A DNA stretch of 49,819 bases from Candidatus Heimdallarchaeota archaeon (GTDB lineage: Archaea > Asgardarchaeota > Heimdallarchaeia > Heimdallarchaeales > Kariarchaeaceae), in contig WAKA01000046.1 in assembly GCA_015523565.1 (NCBI GenBank), forward strand, positions 1-49,819. Direction: 5' to 3'. Position 1 is the first letter of the stretch; every line of letters begins with the position of its first letter. The notes beneath the pieces were generated by a model that ran no database searches, was not told where the DNA came from, and worked only from the letters and a program-made list of their open reading frames with translations. The position numbers and the translations under genes were made by a program. Of the stretch, positions 46,235 to 49,819 are shown one piece after another.

Positions 46235-48325
46235 ATGGAAAATACTTTACAAGAAACATCATCTTCACCTTCAAATGTGCAAGGTGGCATTGTCAATTTT
46301 GTAAACGTCTTTCATTTCCATCAACCAATTGGACAGTTCCATTCCGTTTTTGAAGAAGCATATCAACTTTCATACGATCCTCTACTGACCGCTTTGGAAA
46401 ATCACCCTGGTGTCAAAACTGGAATTCATATAACAGGTCCCTTATTGGAATGGCTTGAGGAACATAAACCCGAATTCATTGAAAGGCTTAAACGACTAAT
46501 CGAGCGTAATCAAATTGAAATCATTGGTGGGGGATATTATGAACCTATCTTAGCAATCATTCCTGAGGAAGATCGTTTGGCACAACTCACCATGCTCTCT
46601 GAAAAAGTCAAGGATCTTTTTGGAACTTATCCACGTGGTGCTTGGCTTGCAGAGCGTGCTTGGGAACCTGGATTGGCAGATACTTTACATGATGCAGGGC
46701 TTGAGTTCATATTTATCGACGACTTCCATATTAAAAATGCAGGTACATTTGAACCAGAAATCCACCACACGTTTGTTACTGAAAACAAAGGCAAAAGATT
46801 GCTTGTGTTCCCGATTAATGAGCCCATTAGATACTTGATTCCATGGAAGGATCCCCAAAATATTTTTGATTATATGAAAGATGAAATTCGAAAAGCTACA
46901 AAATACTATTCAAGAGAAATCAGCTTTGGTTCATATGACCAATCATTGATGATCTCCAATATTGATGATGCCGAAAAACTCGGGATGTGGCCTGGCACAC
47001 ATGCCCGTGTATATGGAAAAAACAATGGTTCCTCTTGGATCGAAACATGGTTTTCCTTGACAGAAAACACTCCATGGGTCTTAAGCCTTCTCCCATCTGA
47101 ATATATTGATAAATATCCTCCAAAAGGGCTTGTCTACCTGCCTTCTGCTTCATATGATAAAATGGGCGTATGGGCATTGCCTACAAAAGAAAGAAGGGAA
47201 TTGGAATATTTACACAAGTATCTGAAATCCAATGACCTTGGTAATGATCTTAATCGAATCATCCTTAAGTATCTAAAAGGATCTTTTTGGAGAAATTTCT
47301 TGGTGAAATACCCTGAATCCAATAATATGCATAAACGGATGCTGTTTTCAAGAAAAAAACTTTTGCAGGCTGAAAAGCTTCAAGCTGGTTCCCCAGAACT
47401 TAAAAGAGCAAGAAAAAACATTTTGGCCGCGCAATGCAATGATGTATATTGGCATGGTCAATTTGGAGGTGTATATTTCTATTTCATGAGATATTGGACT
47501 TATCGTTACCTTCTGATGGCTGATGAAATATCTGAAAAAATTCTTTCTGAAACGTACATCAATCTGGAAATGACCGATTACAATTATGATGGTTCAAAAG
47601 AAGCTATCCTTGAGAATTCTGAAATTTCTGCCTTCATTGATCCTCGGCTTTCTTTTTCATTGATTGAATTGGATTTCAAACCCACGCATTCAAATTTAAT
47701 TACAACATTGCGGAGTGTGGAGGAATCCTATCATGAAAATGATGAGGTAATTTATGACTTATGGACAAAAAATGCCTTCATAGATTATCAGCTCAAAAAC
47801 ACTACTGTTCATGAATTCATAAGAACAAAAAATCCTTCAAATATTGCCATCCAAGGTTTTTCAGAACCTATAGAATTAAGAAAAGAAGATCTTAAGTTAT
47901 CTGCTTGGACAATTGGTTCTTGGGGCAGGAAGGAATATGTTTTGGAAAAAAACAATGTGTCTGTACAATATGAAATGATTCCAGAAAATGGTGTTATTGA
48001 AATCAATGTTTCTTTGGATGATGACAAAAAGAACATTTCAATTGCAGGCTGTGGTTTCAACGGATTTTCTGACCTAAATGAGGTTGTTGAATTGCCGATC
48101 AATTCAAATGAATTGAAAATTCACTGCACAAATCCTATGGAACCAATTATTGTTTTAAGGCATCCTCTCAATGTATCCAGAATTTTACTGCAACCAATAA
48201 CTCCTGTGTCAATTGAAGAAGGCAAGTTAATGAAAACTTTTCAAGGCTTTACTATTTATTTCCATTTTGAAAAAGAAACCGCAAATGAACAATTTACCAT
48301 TTCCATTCATAAAAAGATACCATAG
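46235..48325 (+). CDS. GH57 alpha-amylase / 4-alpha-glucanotransferase
   Basis: HFHQP, GGGYYEPIL, WLAERAWEP, DDAEKLGMWPGT, LVYLPSASY, WRNFLVKYPESNNMHKRM, QCNDVYWHGQFGG. Confidence 0.92.
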   Translation: MENTLQETSSSPSNVQGGIVNFVNVFHFHQPIGQFHSVFEEAYQLSYDPLLTALENHPGVKTGIHITGPLLEWLEEHKPEFIERLKRLIERNQIEIIGGGYYEPILAIIPEEDRLAQLTMLSEKVKDLFGTYPRGAWLAERAWEPGLADTLHDAGLEFIFIDDFHIKNAGTFEPEIHHTFVTENKGKRLLVFPINEPIRYLIPWKDPQNIFDYMKDEIRKATKYYSREISFGSYDQSLMISNIDDAEKLGMWPGTHARVYGKNNGSSWIETWFSLTENTPWVLSLLPSEYIDKYPPKGLVYLPSASYDKMGVWALPTKERRELEYLHKYLKSNDLGNDLNRIILKYLKGSFWRNFLVKYPESNNMHKRMLFSRKKLLQAEKLQAGSPELKRARKNILAAQCNDVYWHGQFGGVYFYFMRYWTYRYLLMADEISEKILSETYINLEMTDYNYDGSKEAILENSEISAFIDPRLSFSLIELDFKPTHSNLITTLRSVEESYHENDEVIYDLWTKNAFIDYQLKNTTVHEFIRTKNPSNIAIQGFSEPIELRKEDLKLSAWTIGSWGRKEYVLEKNNVSVQYEMIPENGVIEINVSLDDDKKNISIAGCGFNGFSDLNEVVELPINSNELKIHCTNPMEPIIVLRHPLNVSRILLQPITPVSIEEGKLMKTFQGFTIYFHFEKETANEQFTISIHKKIP

Positions 48326-48434
48326 GATCAAAGAGGAAAAGGGCTTCACATACAAAAAAAGCATGGATTTAGAGACTTGTGGAAATATTTTTGTCCTTCC
48401 CATATTTCATGAATTGTTGAAAGCAATAATTCTA

Positions 48435-49721
48435 ATGCCTGAGTTTAGTTTCAAAAGAAATTTTGGATTAAACTTTCAAACCGAATACCAAATCACTAAA
48501 ATTTGGGGATCGTATTTGAGCGGTGCTTTATGCAAAGTTAAAGATGATATGGACAATATTGCTTTCATTTTCTTGGTGAAAGATGAAAAAAGCGGGATAT
48601 TCAGACCAGTTACCGATTTTCCAGATCTCCTTTCAACCTATTTGGATTTGGAAATAAAAAGAGTTGAACGCTTGGACTTTGATGCAACCAATATCCATTA
48701 TCTCCTCGAATTGAAAAATGGTTCCGTATTTCATTTGAAAGAATACACCCGTCTTTCAAAAGGATTGATTGAAATTACAGTGGGTCAAAAACTGTCCCAT
48801 GAATCCATTTTCCCAAAAATTGTTTCTTCTTTTGTAGTTCACCCAGACGACTTCCCAGAGCATTGCGTCTATGGTGTGTTTGAAGAATTCAAAAATCAGG
48901 AAAATGTTGATGATCTTGCAGGAAAAACCCTTGCCGCTCTGACAAAAACTAATGGCAATCGGGATGACCTTTTGAATTATTATGGTCAACTGATGGAAAA
49001 AACTTGTGCTCAGATAGAAAGATTCCATGATATCGTCAACAGTGATAATTACCTTATTGCCAAACTTAGTACCATCCTTCCCTCTGTCGAAAAGCAAATG
49101 TACCCTCGCCTTTTAAGAGTAAAAAGCTATATTGTCCAATGGTTCAACTACCAATCAAAATTATTCCCAATGTTTAATGGATATTGGATTTCTCTCTATT
49201 TGGATGGATTGGATTTACTCTCCTTAGCAAAAAAACATTCTACAATTGCCCATGGTGACACTTGGTGGAGGCAATTCGTCTTTGTCAACAATTGTCTTTA
49301 TTTAATGGATGTCGAAGATCTTGTCTTTGCGGATCTAGAATATGACTTTTCAAGCCATTTTTCAGGAATTGCAAATCAGATCGCATATTTTTATTTGGAA
49401 GAAGATATGGATAAAGACCTAATGTTCAAACTTGTAGAAAAGACGAAGGTCAAGTTCGAACGATATTTCCTGGATAAATCTTTCTACCAAAATCTTGCCT
49501 TAAGAATCATCTCTGAGCTTGACTATGCAATTTCACATTGGGAGAGCAATCCTAATCTGCCAGTCAATGAATTTGAAAAGATAAATGATATTTGTTATGC
49601 GCTGTATGATTTCCAATTTCCTGAAATCCCTTATTCTCTCCCAAAGAATCACAAAAAAAGATATTTTCTCATCGACTTCCTTGTGATGACTTTATTCGCT
49701 TTAATTTACCAAAAATTGTAA
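48435..49721 (+). CDS. Maltokinase/aminoglycoside-phosphotransferase-like kinase (divergent)
   Basis: DATNIHY (cf. EQSNSS), HLKEYTRLSKG.IE, AHGDTWWRQF (cf. HGDLHLGQ), LMDVED (cf. IIDFEG), ELDYA; maltodextrin gene context. Start uncertain (48363 or 48435). Confidence 0.55.
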   Translation: MPEFSFKRNFGLNFQTEYQITKIWGSYLSGALCKVKDDMDNIAFIFLVKDEKSGIFRPVTDFPDLLSTYLDLEIKRVERLDFDATNIHYLLELKNGSVFHLKEYTRLSKGLIEITVGQKLSHESIFPKIVSSFVVHPDDFPEHCVYGVFEEFKNQENVDDLAGKTLAALTKTNGNRDDLLNYYGQLMEKTCAQIERFHDIVNSDNYLIAKLSTILPSVEKQMYPRLLRVKSYIVQWFNYQSKLFPMFNGYWISLYLDGLDLLSLAKKHSTIAHGDTWWRQFVFVNNCLYLMDVEDLVFADLEYDFSSHFSGIANQIAYFYLEEDMDKDLMFKLVEKTKVKFERYFLDKSFYQNLALRIISELDYAISHWESNPNLPVNEFEKINDICYALYDFQFPEIPYSLPKNHKKRYFLIDFLVMTLFALIYQKL

Positions 49722-49819
49722 CTCTGTTTCAACAACAATTTCGAGAAATTTAATTGGATAATTTTCTGTTTTATTTTTAAAATTTGGAAAATATTTGGAT
49801 TGAAAACCCTATACTTTTA

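Noticed and set aside
48267-48434. Tracked start of the kinase-like ORF
   Set aside because: Overlaps the GH57 gene end and the extension shows no domain features; ATG 48363 or 48435 is more likely.

Overview
AT-rich, gene-dense archaeal chromosome window with no rRNA, tRNA, CRISPR array or mobile element that I could recognise. The core genes are archaeal: class I LysRS, alpha2-type GlyRS, type II MetAP, aIF1/SUI1, Rpo6/K, a 47-aa Rpo12/P missed by the ORF track, thermosome and short PurA. These sit beside eukaryotic-signature-like genes (two Rab-like small GTPases, a longin/roadblock-like protein, a RING domain, a possible mini-gelsolin), which points by inference to an Asgard archaeon, probably Heimdallarchaeia. 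Other content includes LarB/LarC plus an orphan EutA, a degenerate CbiM-CbiQ/CbiO ECF module, an MFS-DUF47 fusion, several apparent pseudo-enzymes, and a 13-kb starch/maltodextrin cluster. That cluster holds a bacterial-type GAPDH, two anchored sugar-binding proteins, a phosphorylase, two GH57 enzymes and a maltokinase-like kinase. The best candidate for an undescribed system is a translationally coupled pair at 17161-19157: a membrane NfeD protein with a C-terminal RING (E3-like) domain, followed by a flotillin/SPFH protein. This could be a prokaryotic counterpart of the eukaryotic ERLIN-RNF170 type of membrane ubiquitination module. Several real coding regions are missing or mis-started in the ORF track (3-1037 minus, 6218-6274 extension, 9631-9774, 13185-13358). 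All calls come from reading motifs by eye; no searches were run.
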